From Octopus vulgaris (Eukaryota), in assembly GCA_951406725.2 (NCBI GenBank), contig OX597841.1, forward strand, positions 15,500,001 through 15,564,000: a DNA stretch of 64,000 bases. Direction: 5' to 3'. The position numbers and the translations under genes were made by a program. The notes beneath the pieces were generated by a model that searched no databases, was not told the DNA's origin, and saw only the letters and a list, made by a program, of their open reading frames with translations. Below are positions 13,429 through 26,544 of this stretch, piece by piece (position 1 is the first letter of the stretch; each line of letters begins with the position of its first letter).

Positions 13429-13885
13429 GGATGGATAGATGGATAGATGGGGGATTAGAAGGAGAGGGAACATACATGTAAATGCAAAAGTCGAGAGTAA
13501 GGAGACAAGAAGAGATACAAGACGGAGAGGATGTGAGAAATCTAGAGGAAATTAGAAGGGATGAAGAACAGAGCAAGAGAGGGAATAGGTAGATAGATAC
13601 ATAAATAGGTAGAGAGAGGGAGAGAGAGCTAGAGAGAGAACGATAAAGAGAGAGACAGAGGAAGATACACAGAGAGAAGCAGAGAGAGAGGGAGAGAGAG
13701 AGAGAGAGAGAAAGACGGCAAAATAGAAAGATCAATCGACAGAGAGACAGATCGGTTGCTAGACAGCCAGGGAAAGAGGGAGAGAGAGAGAGAGTGAGAG
13801 AGAGAGAAACAGACAGATAGACAGAGAGAGACGGCCAGGTAGATAGAAAAACAGAGGGACAAACAGACAGACAGACGGATGGATG

Positions 13886-13970
<85 letters not shown>

Positions 13971-14265
13971 GGAGAGAGAGAGAATTGGAAAGAGAGGGAG
14001 CAACCATGGATAGGTAAAAGTGGAGAGGAAGGAGAAAGAAAGGGACTCCAGGACGGAGAGGGTGTGAGATATAGAGGAAATGAGAAAGGATGAAGAATAA
14101 GAAGAGAGGGAGAGGGAGATAATTAAAGAGGGATCGCAAGAGGGATGTGAAATGTAAAATGGCCAACAAAAAAATAAACCGGGAGAATATGCAGAGCGAA
14201 AATAAAGGTACATATGTCTGTCTGTATGTGGGAAATGAGCAGGAGTGAAAATAGGGATGAATAGG

Positions 14266-14307
<42 letters not shown>

Positions 14308-14480
14308 GGAGAGAGTTAGTGAGATAGAGAGAGAGAGGCGACAGAGAGAGAAATAAGAGAAAGGGTGAGAGAGAGAGAGAGAGAGTTAGTGAGAGAGAGA
14401 GAGAGAGGCGACAGAGAGAGAAATAAGAGAAAGGGTGAGAGAGAGAGAGAGAGTTAGTGAGAGAGAGAGAGAGAGTTAGT

Positions 14481-14518
<38 letters not shown>

Positions 14519-14569
14519 GATAGAGAGAGAGAGAGAGAGAGTTAGTGAGAGAGTGAGAGAGAGAGAGTT

Positions 14570-14609
<40 letters not shown>

Positions 14610-14772
14610 AGGGAGATAGATAGAGAGAGAGGCGACAGAGAGAGAAATAAAAGAGACAGGGTAAGAGAGAGAGAGATGTAAACGTTAAAGTTGAGAGTAA
14701 GGAGATATCAAGGACGCAGAATTATCAAACTCTAGAGGGCACGGATGGAAAGGTATATGTGTATTCCGAAAT

Positions 14773-14840
<68 letters not shown>

Positions 14841-15043
14841 CAAATATATGTATATGTGTACGAGAAAGAGATATAGACAGAGGGCGTAAAGAGTGACGAA
14901 AAACTTAGAGAGAGGGATAGCAGGGATGTGACTGCAGAAGTGGAGAGTAAGGCGAGAGCAAGGGAAACAAAGTTGTCCAAATCCAGAGTGCAAAGATGGA
15001 GAAGGCGACCTACATACACGCATACACGCAAATACAGACACAT

Positions 15044-15098
<55 letters not shown>

Positions 15099-15159
15099 CA
15101 TATATACATACATACATATATACATACATACATACATACATGTATATATATATATATAG

Positions 15160-15191
<32 letters not shown>

Positions 15192-15223
15192 GCATGTATA
15201 GCATTATAGCATATAAACACAGG

Positions 15224-15380
15224 CAGAGTGACAGAGAGGGAGTGAGAGACAGAGTGACAGAGAGGGAGTGAGAGACAGAGTGACAGAGAGGGAGTGAGAG
15301 ACAGAGTGACAGAGATGGAGTGAGAGACAGAGTGACAGAGAGGGAGTGAGAGACAGAGTGACAGAGAGGGAGTGAGAGGC
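15224..15380. repeat. 26-bp minisatellite, about 6 copies
   Basis: Unit cagagtgacagagagggagtgagaga at 15224, 15250, 15276 and onward. Confidence 0.93.
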
Positions 15381-15926
15381 AGAGGGCGTAAGGAGAGGGA
15401 GAATAAGCGGACAGAGCGGTGCTGGAAATGTGGGAAAAGGAGAGTAAAGAACGAGAGAGCAAGAGATGCGAAGTTGTCAAAATCTCGGGAGAGTTGTTTA
15501 AAACATGGCTGCCTGACTTTCGTTCATTTATTTATTTACTTCTTTGTTTGTTTGTTTATATATTTGTGTATTTATTTATTTATTTAATTTTGTATTTAAT
15601 TATGTTGTTGCCTCTTGTTATTGCTGTGCATATTGCTATTGTTAATGTCGCTGTTGTTGTGTCTCCATGTTGTTGTTGTTGTTGTTGTTCTTGTCGATGC
15701 TTGTGTTTTCTCTAATTCTATTTCATCACATTTCCAGGAAACCCTTGTGCACACACACACACACACTTAAACACACACACACACACACACACACACGTAC
15801 TATATCTCTCCTTCGCCCTCCCTGTTTCTCTCTCTCTCTCTCTTGTTTCTTTACCTTTCTTCCTCTGTCTAATTCTCTTCTATCTATCTATCTGTCTATC
15901 TATCTGTCTGTCTGTGTCTGTCTATT

Positions 15927-15979
<53 letters not shown>

Positions 15980-16001
15980 ATCTATCTATCAATATATTTA
16001 A

Positions 16002-16034
<33 letters not shown>

Positions 16035-16079
16035 TCTGCCTGTCTGTCTATCTATCTATCTATCTATCAATATATTTAA

Positions 16080-16113
<34 letters not shown>

Positions 16114-16172
16114 CTGTCTGTCTATCTATCTATCTATCTATCTGTCTGTCTGTCTGTCTTTGTGTCTGTCTG

Positions 16173-16263
<91 letters not shown>

Positions 16264-16569
16264 GTGTGTCAGTCTGTCTGTGTGTCTCTCTGTGTGTCTG
16301 TCTGTCTGTCTGTCTGTGTGTCTCTCTATTTCCCTACAAAACTTATCTTGGTTTATATTCTTGTTCAAATGGCAAAGAGTACTCTTTCACACCAACTTCA
16401 CTGCTACACCAGCAGCAGCAGCAGCAGCAGAAGCAGCAGTGTCAGAAGCTGCTGCTGCTGCTGCAACCTCTACCCTAACCCTAACCACCATCGCTACTAC
16501 TACTACTACTACTACTTTCAGGGAAACTAACACCTCTGCACTCAAAACTTCTACCCATAAAACACAGTC

Positions 16570-17908
16570 ACACTCACACATACATACATAGATACACATA
16601 AATACATGCACACATATTCACACGTACATACACACAAACACACACATACAAACATACACATATGCATACATACATACATACAAACGCACACATACATATA
16701 TACATACATACATACATGAATACATGTATACATACATACATACGTACATACATACATACATACATACATACGTACGTACGTACGTACGTACATACATACA
16801 CACATACATACATACATACATACATACATACATACATACATACACACATACATACATTCATACATACACACATACATACACACATACATACATACATACA
16901 TACATACATACATGCATATATACATACATACACACATACATACATACATACGTACATACACACATACATACATACACACATACATACATACACACATACA
17001 TACATGCATGCATACATACATACATGCATGCATACATACATACATACATACATACATACGTACATACATACATACATACATACATACATACATACATACA
17101 TACATACATACATACATACGTACATACATACATACATACGTACATACATACATACATGCATACATACATACATACATACATGCATATATACATACATACA
17201 CACATACATACATACATACGTACATACACACATACATACATACACACATACATACATACACACATACATACATACATACATACATACGTACATACATACA
17301 TACACACATACATACATACATACGTACATACACACATACATACATACATACGTACATACACACATACATACATACATACATACATACACACATACATACA
17401 TACATACATACGTACATACACACATACATACATACATACATACATACATACATACATACATACATACATACATGCATGCATACATACATACATGCATGCA
17501 TACATACATACATACATACATACATACATACGTACATACATACATACATACATACATACATACATACATACGTACATATATACATACATACGCACACACA
17601 TACATACATACAAACGCACACATACATACACACATACACACATACACGCACTCATACATACATACAAACATACATACATACATACATACATACATACATA
17701 CATACATACATACATACATACACACATACATACATACATACATACATACATACATACATACATACATACATACATACATACATACATACATACATACATA
17801 CATACATACACACATACATACATGCATACATACATACATGCATACATGCATACATACATGCATACATACATACATACATACACACATACATACATACATA
17901 CATGCATG

Positions 17909-17940
<32 letters not shown>

Positions 17941-18145
17941 CATACATACATACATGCATACATGCATACATACATACATGCATACATACACACATACATA
18001 CATGCATACATACATACATGCATACATGCATACATACATACATACATACATACATACATACATACATACATACATACATGCATGCATACATACATACATA
18101 CATGCATGCATACATACATACATACATACATACATACATACATGC
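16570..18145. repeat. Large (CATA)n array
   Basis: About 1.6 kb of CATA with CGTA, CACA and CATG variants. Confidence 0.97.
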
Positions 18146-18622
18146 ACATTTACATAATTACTTACAAACCTACACACACATGCGTAGACGAAGTGCACTT
18201 CCTCTTCCGTCTTCCATCTGTATATTCGTCTAATTCCATCTAAGCACAACAGACCCCCATCCCTCTCTTTCCTCTCCTTCTCGCCCTCCCCCTCTCTCTC
18301 TTACTCTACCCCACCCCATTGTGTGTGTGTTAGATTAGATTAACGCCATTTTTCAAGTTTATCTTTTTTGATATGTATGCATGTATGTATGTATGTGTAT
18401 GTATTGGATTCTTTTAAGACTTTAGCTCTTATTTCTAGCAGGTCGAAGCCTGTTAAGCATCATTACGCTTAGTGCAAATTTATAATTCATAGCTATATAA
18501 TACTATTGCGCCTGCGTCCACCTATGTCACTGCTGGTGAAATCATCAGTTTTAAAATTTATCCACAGATGATATGAACAGTAAAGGCATCTTATTTCAAA
18601 TCTTAGTGTTTGAATGTTTTGC

Positions 18623-18807
18623 TTGGCGTTTTTTCCTCTGTCTTCCCTTCTCTGGATCTTTCCTTCTCCTATATTTCCGACGAAGAGCTCCGCTCGAAAC
18701 GTTAAACCCTCCTTCTTCCCTTCCTTCCTGAACGTCCAATAATACTATATTTGTTCCACGTCCTCGCGTTGTTGTGTTCTTTTTTGGGCTTTCATGTTTG
18801 GATTAAC
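18623..18807 (+). mobile_element. Short Penelope-like element (family P1) with hammerhead-like motif at 18673-18707
   Basis: TTT-CCGACGA-A-GAGC tcc GCTC-GAAA-CGTT-AAA; second copy inverted at 4616-4802; followed by (TA)n. Confidence 0.7.
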
Positions 18808-18892
<85 letters not shown>

Positions 18893-18943
18893 TGTGTGTT
18901 TAAATGTAGACTATTTTATATTGCTCCATTTCTTCAATTCAAA

Positions 18944-18998
<55 letters not shown>

Positions 18999-19228
18999 AG
19001 TTGTCTATTGACTTTTTATACATGCTAGACCACTGGTCGTAAAATTTCTAAAAGAACTCACTACCCTATATATTTTACGTATATGATTTTAGCATTTCGA
19101 AGATCAGTTCGGCATTTATCAATTACCTCTGATAGAAAGTGCGCTTGCGCGGTGAATTTGAAAAATCATAACATATAACGATGAGACACGTGTTTTTTGT
19201 CTCTAAATTATATGTTAATGTTATGGCG

Positions 19229-19300
19229 CGGTTACTGATGAGACTTTCGCCTAGCAAATTATTTTATTTGATAAAAAAATTTGAAACCTAGTTATAACCG
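19229..19300 (+). ncRNA. Type-I hammerhead-like motif with canonical core
   Basis: CGGTTA-CTGATGA-(long AT-rich hairpin)-GAAA-CCTAGT-TA-TAACCG: 6-bp helix I, near-palindromic helix III; helix II closure degenerate. Confidence 0.55.
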
Positions 19301-20014
19301 TAAAAAAATAGCATCTGAAAAGTTTTTATTTTTCATTCCTGCCAAATTGCCCTTAAATGTGACTTTGGTCGTTTTGACTGCTTCTTCTAGTGTATAAAAT
19401 TACCTGTTAAGGGTAGTTTCTCTTGTCTTTAAATGTACAAACACAATCTGAGAGGGGATTACGTTGAATAAAATCATAATTAACTGATCCTTCTGTATTT
19501 TCTTTTACCCAAAGATAGGAACCTTTCAACAACCCCTCGTACGACTTCAACTGAAATATCATTATAAAAAGGCTTTAAAACTTTGTTATAAAGTAGGTTC
19601 CTCCCGCTGGTGTGATGTGTGGCTGCCGTTGTACTGCAGTTGCTGTTTTACACTAGTAGCCACGATAGTTACAAGACATTGGACACTGTTGTATCTCTTC
19701 GTACCGGAAAAGTAACACTAACTTCTGTCTGATTTTCGTTAATAGCTCCACACGACACCGACTCTCAACACATCGACTCATGACCCTCTCTTAACGACTG
19801 GCTACTGGTCTATTTATAATGACTCCCTCCAACCACTTTTTACTGGGAGGGGTATAGAGTTTCACTATACAAAACTTTACCAGGATTAACTTGGTGTTAT
19901 TCTTTTCAATACCAAATTTGTCTGGCACCACTCGCGGTTCTATAACACAAAGTTCCTGATTTAAAGAGAATCGAATCAAAATTTTTCCATCAAAATTTCA
20001 TGTTCCATTTATTC

Positions 20015-20435
20015 GACAAGTTCCTTTCACAGCTGCACGCATATCTGCGATGCTTTTCTCAGTTCAGCTTGTTGCGAGTTACCCAGAACGTTCGCCAATG
20101 TCAATATTTTTTCGGGTATCTTAGAAACGTCTGAACCACTCTTACACTTGTGTGCAGCTCATACACACCTCTCCATACACTTTCTGCAACTTTGCGAAGG
20201 CCTCTGATCAGGTATCGCCATGACAACTTCCCTGAACATGGTCACTGCGACGATCACACGCTACACACCTTCCTTCCAAGCACTGCTGTAAACAGCGGAA
20301 GTGAGATAGAACGTTGAAACTTAATGTGCATGCACAGTAGAGTTCATGACCACTCTGTGACAAGCGGCTTCACTCTGCCTGTTTTAGCTTCGTTACTATA
20401 GCAGCAATCCGGATACTTATTGATCAGACCTAGTA
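20015..20435 (-). pseudogene. Tc1/mariner transposon 5' fragment (TIR plus decayed transposase N-terminus)
   Basis: Minus strand starts TACTAGGTCTGATCAATAAGTATCCGGA; translates to GDT*SEAFAKLQKVYGEVCMSCTQV*EWFRRF...ERSG*LATS*TEKSIADMRAAV, a mariner HTH pattern with stops. Confidence 0.8.
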
Positions 20436-20443
20436 TGTGTGTC

Positions 20444-20525
<82 letters not shown>

Positions 20526-20534
20526 TGTGTGTGT

Positions 20535-20957
20535 AGGTGAAAGCGTGGCTGTGTGGTTAGAAGCTTGCTTCTCAGCAGCATGGTTCAGGGTTCAGTCCCA
20601 CTGCGTGGCACCTTCGGCAAGTCTCTTCTACGATAGCCTCGGGTGGACCAAAGCCTTGTGAGTGGATTTGGTAAAAGGAAACTGAAAGAAGCCCGTCGTA
20701 TATATATATGTGTGTGGGTGTGTGTGTGTGTGTGTGTATTTGTGTGTCTGTTTATTCCCACCACCATCGCTTGACAACCGATACTGGTGTGTTTACGTCC
20801 CCGTAACTTAGCAGTGTGGCAAAAGAGACCGCCGATAGAATAAGTACTAGGCTTACAACGAATAAGTCCTGAAGGTCGATTTGCTCGACCGAAGGCGGTG
20901 CTGCAGCGTGGCCGCAGTCATGTGACTGAAACAAGTAAAAGAAAAGAATAAAAGAAT
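20535..20957 (+). mobile_element. SINE family A, full length
   Basis: A box TGGCTGTGTGG, B box GGTTCAGTCCC, internal (TA)/(TG) linker, AAAAG-type tail. Confidence 0.9.
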
Positions 20958-21114
20958 ATATATGTGTGTGTGTGTGTGTACGTATGGATATATGTATACA
21001 TGCATGTGTGTTCTCATGTATGTATATATGTCTGTATGCAAGTATATATATATATGTATGTGTGTGCGTATGTATGTATATATATATATATATGTGTGTG
21101 TGCGTGTGTGTGTA

Positions 21115-21160
<46 letters not shown>

Positions 21161-21815
21161 TATATGTATGTACCTATGTATATAGAAATATATGTGTGCG
21201 TGTGTGTGTATGTGTGTGTATCTAAATGTATATATGCACGTATGTATATATGTATGTATATATGTATATAAATGTATGTGCGTGTATATGTATGCATGCA
21301 TGTGTATGTATGTATATATGTATGTGTGTGTATGTATGTTCATGTATATATACGTATGTATGCATATGTGTATTTGTGTGTATGTGTTTGTATTTATATA
21401 TATATATGTATGTATGTTTGTGTGTATGTGTGGAGAGAGAGGTTTGGGGAGAGACCAAGAGGAAAGCGGAAAAAAAATATTGCGTGACTCGAACTCCACG
21501 TGCGTGACACTTAGTCATGAGCGTTGCCCTGGGACACGAATTCACCATCCTCCTAGTCACCCCCTCTGCCTCCCTCACTCCCTCACTTCCTCTACTACTA
21601 ACAAACTGACAATCACCACCACCACCACCACCACCACCACCAAATTCGCTTACTGCTCCTTCGCTCCCTCCTCCCCCTCCTCCTTCGCCTCTTCCCAGAC
21701 CTCTTCCGTTCTCTTAAAGTCTGTACTACCGACCCTGCCAATTGTCCCAATACACATGCGCAGACCATGTGAGCTGCTGAAAGTCTCTCTGTCTCTCTGG
21801 CTCTCTTTCTTTCTT

Positions 21816-21850
<35 letters not shown>

Positions 21851-21956
21851 GTTTCTGTCTCTGTCTCTCTGGCTTTCTTTCTTTCTCTCTCTTTCTCTCT
21901 CTCTCTCTCTCTGTTTCTGTCTCTGTCTGTCTGTCAATCTGTCTCTGTTTCCTTCT

Positions 21957-22016
<60 letters not shown>

Positions 22017-22093
22017 GTCTCTGTTTGTCAATCTCTCTCTGTCTCTCTATCTCTCTGTCTCTCTGTCTCTGTCTCTGTCTGTCTGTCTCTCTC

Positions 22094-22134
<41 letters not shown>

Positions 22135-22183
22135 GTCTCTGTCAATATCTCTCTGTCTCTCTATCTCTCTGTCTCTGTCTCTG

Positions 22184-22250
<67 letters not shown>

Positions 22251-22339
22251 GTTCTCTCAGGCGACATGTTTTGTCGCCTTTGAAGCTTTCTACATCTGGA
22301 CATCTCTTACTGTCACCGCCGAAGTCGACACTTTAATCA

Positions 22340-22407
<68 letters not shown>

Positions 22408-22617
22408 ATCATTTGTTGTTGAGGTGTGGAGGTCATGATCAGAGTTCCATTGGGAATGCAAGTCCACATGTGGTCCCTGGTCACACCTATATGCACTTGC
22501 GAATAGTGTCGCCGTGGCAGTTCGTCTTGTCATCGATTGTCGACGGTCGTAGAGGATTCGCTGACCAAGTCCCCGCCGGTCATCGGAGCGGACACAGCCT
22601 CAGCTTGAAGCCGATTC

Positions 22618-23033
22618 GGATCTTTTCGGTTTGACCGGCAGTTTTTTTCTAGCGGTGTCATATGAAATTGTCACCCATAATTATGACCCTAGTATCGATC
22701 TATTGCATTTCAATCTGTTTTAGGGTTAGGGTTAGGGGGGAAGGGTATCTTTTTTTTTCTTCACAAATGTAAATAAACCCAATCTGTTTCTTAAACGAGG
22801 GACATATTCATGCGGCACAAAATGTTTTCACCTCAATAGACGTCACTGATTGGTTGAAATTGCAGAAATTGAAGAAAAAAACAACAACAAATATCTTACA
22901 AACTATAGAATTTTCTCAATAAAGCCAAGAGAAAAGATGTTTTATAAACACATTCTACCAGTATACGAAGTTTAAAAGTGTTTAGATACGTGGAAATTAT
23001 TTTTAAAAAATGCCGGTCAAACCGAAAAGATCC
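22618..23033. mobile_element. MITE, 416 bp, 23-bp perfect TIRs, 8-bp TSD
   Basis: TIR GGATCTTTTCGGTTTGACCGGCA / TGCCGGTCAAACCGAAAAGATCC; flanks gccgattc (22610-22617) and gcggattc (23034-23041); internal (TTAGGG)3. Confidence 0.9.
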
Positions 23034-23177
23034 GCGGATTCTAGAGATATGCTAAGGTGTGCCTCACTTCCAGTGGTCTCCCAGCACGCCCGACACCCAC
23101 CCGGAATTTCTGTGGGCCCCTTCATTATACCACAGAATATGTCAGGTCAAATCTATCCCAAATTTCAACAGAGACTT

Positions 23178-23692
23178 GGTCTGATCAATAAGTATCCGGA
23201 CTGTTGCTATAGTAGCGAAACTAAAGCATGCAGAGAGAAACCGCTCGGCATACATTGATCTTCCGCTCTGTTGTGCATGCGCACTAAGTTTCAATGTTCT
23301 AGCTTGCTTCCGTTGTTTACAGCAGTGCTTGGAAGGAAGATGTGTAGCGTGTGACCATCGCATTGACCGTGACAGAGAGAGCTGAGCATAGAAACTGCAT
23401 CAAATTTTGCCAAAAGCTTGGCGATATCTGCTCAGAGGCCTATGCAAAGCTTTCAAAAAGTCTTCATCGTTCTCGACACAATCAAGAAGATCTTGTGTGA
23501 CTGAAACCCGTGTGTCTTTTTGGTCAGCTAAAAGCAGTCTTTGCATAAACTTGGCAGACAAACGTCTCATGCCCAAATCTTCAGTGATAATGGACTAAAC
23601 TGAACCGTAACTAATCTGCACATCTCACGGATGGGGATTCGACGATTTCTCCTCACGGCTGCACGCACATCTGCGATGTTTTTCTCAGTTCT
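23178..23692 (+). pseudogene. Mariner fragment with internal inversion
   Basis: TIR remnant ggtctgatcaataagtatccgga. Plus strand gives TERAEHRNCIKFCQKLGDICSEAYAKL; the minus strand of 23452-23692 gives RTEKNIADVRAAV...ISYGSV*SIITEDLGMRRLSAKFMQRLLLADQKDTRVSVTQDLLDCVENDEDFLK. Confidence 0.85.
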
Positions 23693-23990
23693 ACATCGTC
23701 TCCAGCTGGCTTTACGACACGATCTGTGTCCTTATATTTTCGAACAAGGGAATCTAGTACCCCCACTAATATATAAATCAGTGACTAGTTGTCACTTTGA
23801 AAACTATATATTTAGAACGGGAATTCGGCAGCGTCACTTCTAGCCGAACAATTATTCTGTGCTGATGAAGAGAAATAACACGGAAATCGCGATACACAGA
23901 TATAGATTTGAGCTGAGTGGGGTTGCTAGATTCCCTTCTTCGAAAACATCAGGACACAGATCGTGTCGTAAAGCCAGCTGAAGACGATGT
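23693..23990. mobile_element. Foldback element with ~75-bp inverted arms enclosing a hammerhead-like motif
   Basis: Arms 23693-23767 and 23916-23990 are reverse complements with few mismatches. Confidence 0.8.
23856..23900 (+). ncRNA. Minimal type-I hammerhead-like motif with canonical core
   Basis: TCTGTG-CTGATGA-agagaaataacacg-GAAA-TCGCGA-TA-CACAGA: 6-bp helix I, perfectly palindromic helix III, AUA site; helix II degenerate. Confidence 0.65.
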
Positions 23991-24162
23991 CTCCTGGGGC
24001 TAAATTACAGTAACATTCGTCCTAAACCAGGACTGCCATGTTATGTTGGCAAACAATCTTTACTCCAAAGTACTGTTGCTGAATATCTCATGTTATGAGA
24101 CTTACAAATAGTAATCCACTATTATTATTGTTCTTGTTATTGCTATTATTATTATATTATTA

Positions 24163-24423
<261 letters not shown>

Positions 24424-24437
24424 CATCATCATTATAT

Positions 24438-24560
24438 GCTTGGCTTTTGATTTGCATTTGTACAAGTTGTCTCCAAGTCTCACCCCGCAACCTCAAGAGA
24501 CAACTAGTTTGATGTTCAAGTTGGTGTTATGACTAGGATGACATATTTTGGGCTTCGGAC
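24438..24560 (-). mobile_element. Probable 3' end of a non-LTR retrotransposon ending in (TAA)n
   Basis: Minus strand gtctcttgaggttgcggggtgagacttggagac hairpin followed by A-rich sequence and (TAA)n; family assignment (R4/Dong-like) is inference. Confidence 0.4.
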
Positions 24561-24743
24561 AAAGTATTGTCCTGGAGAATGTCTGTCAAAACATGAAGAA
24601 AATTGGAATTTTGTTCTAAAGGTAAATTGATTAGAAGATGAAAGTGCGATGTTAAAATGACAGTTTGCTATTATGGACATTTAAAAGCACTTTTAATAAT
24701 GTTTACAGATTAAGATGTTTTGGGGTTATCATCATCATCATCA

Positions 24744-24814
<71 letters not shown>

Positions 24815-24839
24815 ATCAACATCATCATCATCATCATCA

Positions 24840-24906
<67 letters not shown>

Positions 24907-24910
24907 CATT

Positions 24911-24999
<89 letters not shown>

Positions 25000-25000
25000 T

Positions 25001-25554
25001 GAGTGAGAGATCAGTGCATACCATCAAAGTGACACTGCGGTAAAATATACGAAGCCCAGTATACCTATCATGACTACCCGTCTGATAAAGGTACACCAGG
25101 CACATGCATCACAACCATATGTGCGCGAGATGGTGATCTCATATCAAGATAAACAGCACATGACCTTGCAGGTGGGGCCCAGTTAGAATTTTCTTCAGGT
25201 TGAGTAGCCCATCCCGCTTAAAAGGTCCCTGAATAAGGATTGTTTAAGGATGTTGAACAAATCACTCATGTTTCCAAATGTGAATTATTCAAACCCCAAA
25301 GAATCCCTTTCAACACATGGCTAAGATGCTCCCCCACTACTTCTGCTCGTGATCAGAGATGCACATATCGTCAGCCACTAAGGGACATGCTCAACTGATT
25401 AAGGCCAAACAACTGACAAGCAAATCTGTGGTGTTGAGTAGAATATTTGCTGTAGCCCATCTTTTATACCAAGACAAAACAATAGACATGATAACACTTC
25501 CAATCAGTTAAGATCAGAAGCCATGAGAGCCTCTGCCTGGTACTGCATCAGGGC

Positions 25555-25555
<1 letters not shown>
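25001..25555. mobile_element. Family D, ~555-bp non-coding element inserted in (TTA)n
   Basis: Highly similar to 41869-42423 and 42859-43318; all copies are bounded by TTA repeats. Confidence 0.85.
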
Positions 25556-25629
<74 letters not shown>

Positions 25630-26089
25630 CATTTTCATTAGCATCTTCTTTCAGTTCTGTCTCCATTTCTTGCCGAGTGTCTTCCTGATACCTAGGCCAG
25701 AGAAACGTACTGTATCCCCCAGCCCCGATCTGTTAGAGCTACGATTAAAAATGTTCTACCTGTGAGCGTTCCGTATATTAGTTAGGCATAGTGTATCTAG
25801 GACTACATTATCAAATTTGTGCCTTTGTTGTTTTTTGCCACAGGTCTGTCATGATCCGGGAGACACATGGTTAAAGCTGTTTCAACCGTGACCATTCCAT
25901 ATATTATTGAGATATAGTGCATCTAGGACTACATTATCCAATGTGCACTAAGTCAGCCTTCACTTCAGGCTTATGACTTAGCTGCTATTTCTAGTGGACT
26001 GAGTAATTACGTACAGGTTCCCTTGTTAACTTGTAACGACTATTTTCTTGCGGCTAATATTACAGACAATATTGGTCTTACTGTTTTGG

Positions 26090-26274
26090 CTGTAGTAGTA
26101 GTAGTAGTAATGGTAGTAGTAGAAGTGGTGGTGGTAACACTAGGAGTAGTAGTAATGGTGGTAGTAGTAGTTATAGTAATAGGGGTAACACTAGAGGTAG
26201 TAGTAATGGTAGTAGTAGTAGTAGTAGTAGTAGTAGCAGTGGAGGTGGTGGTGGTGCAAGTAGTAGTAGTTTTG

Positions 26275-26316
<42 letters not shown>

Positions 26317-26474
26317 CTGGTAGTATTAGTGGTGGAAGTAGTAGCAGTGGTGGTAGTAGTAGAAGTAGTAGTAGTAGCAGTGGTTGTGGTAATGGTGGCC
26401 GTTGTAACAGCAGCAGTAGTAGTACTCGAAGTAGTATCAGTAGCAGTAGTAGAAGTCACAGCAGTAGCAGTAGC

Positions 26475-26544
<70 letters not shown>

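Noticed and set aside
16472-16486. Telomeric (CCCTAA) repeats
   Set aside because: Only about 2.5 units within a low-complexity tract; not a telomere.
22410-23170. Complex sequence flanking the MITE as a possible exon or RT remnant
   Set aside because: The minus-strand frames I translated after removing the MITE hit stops, and neither they nor the listed short ORFs showed a recognisable motif; a BLASTX search would be needed.
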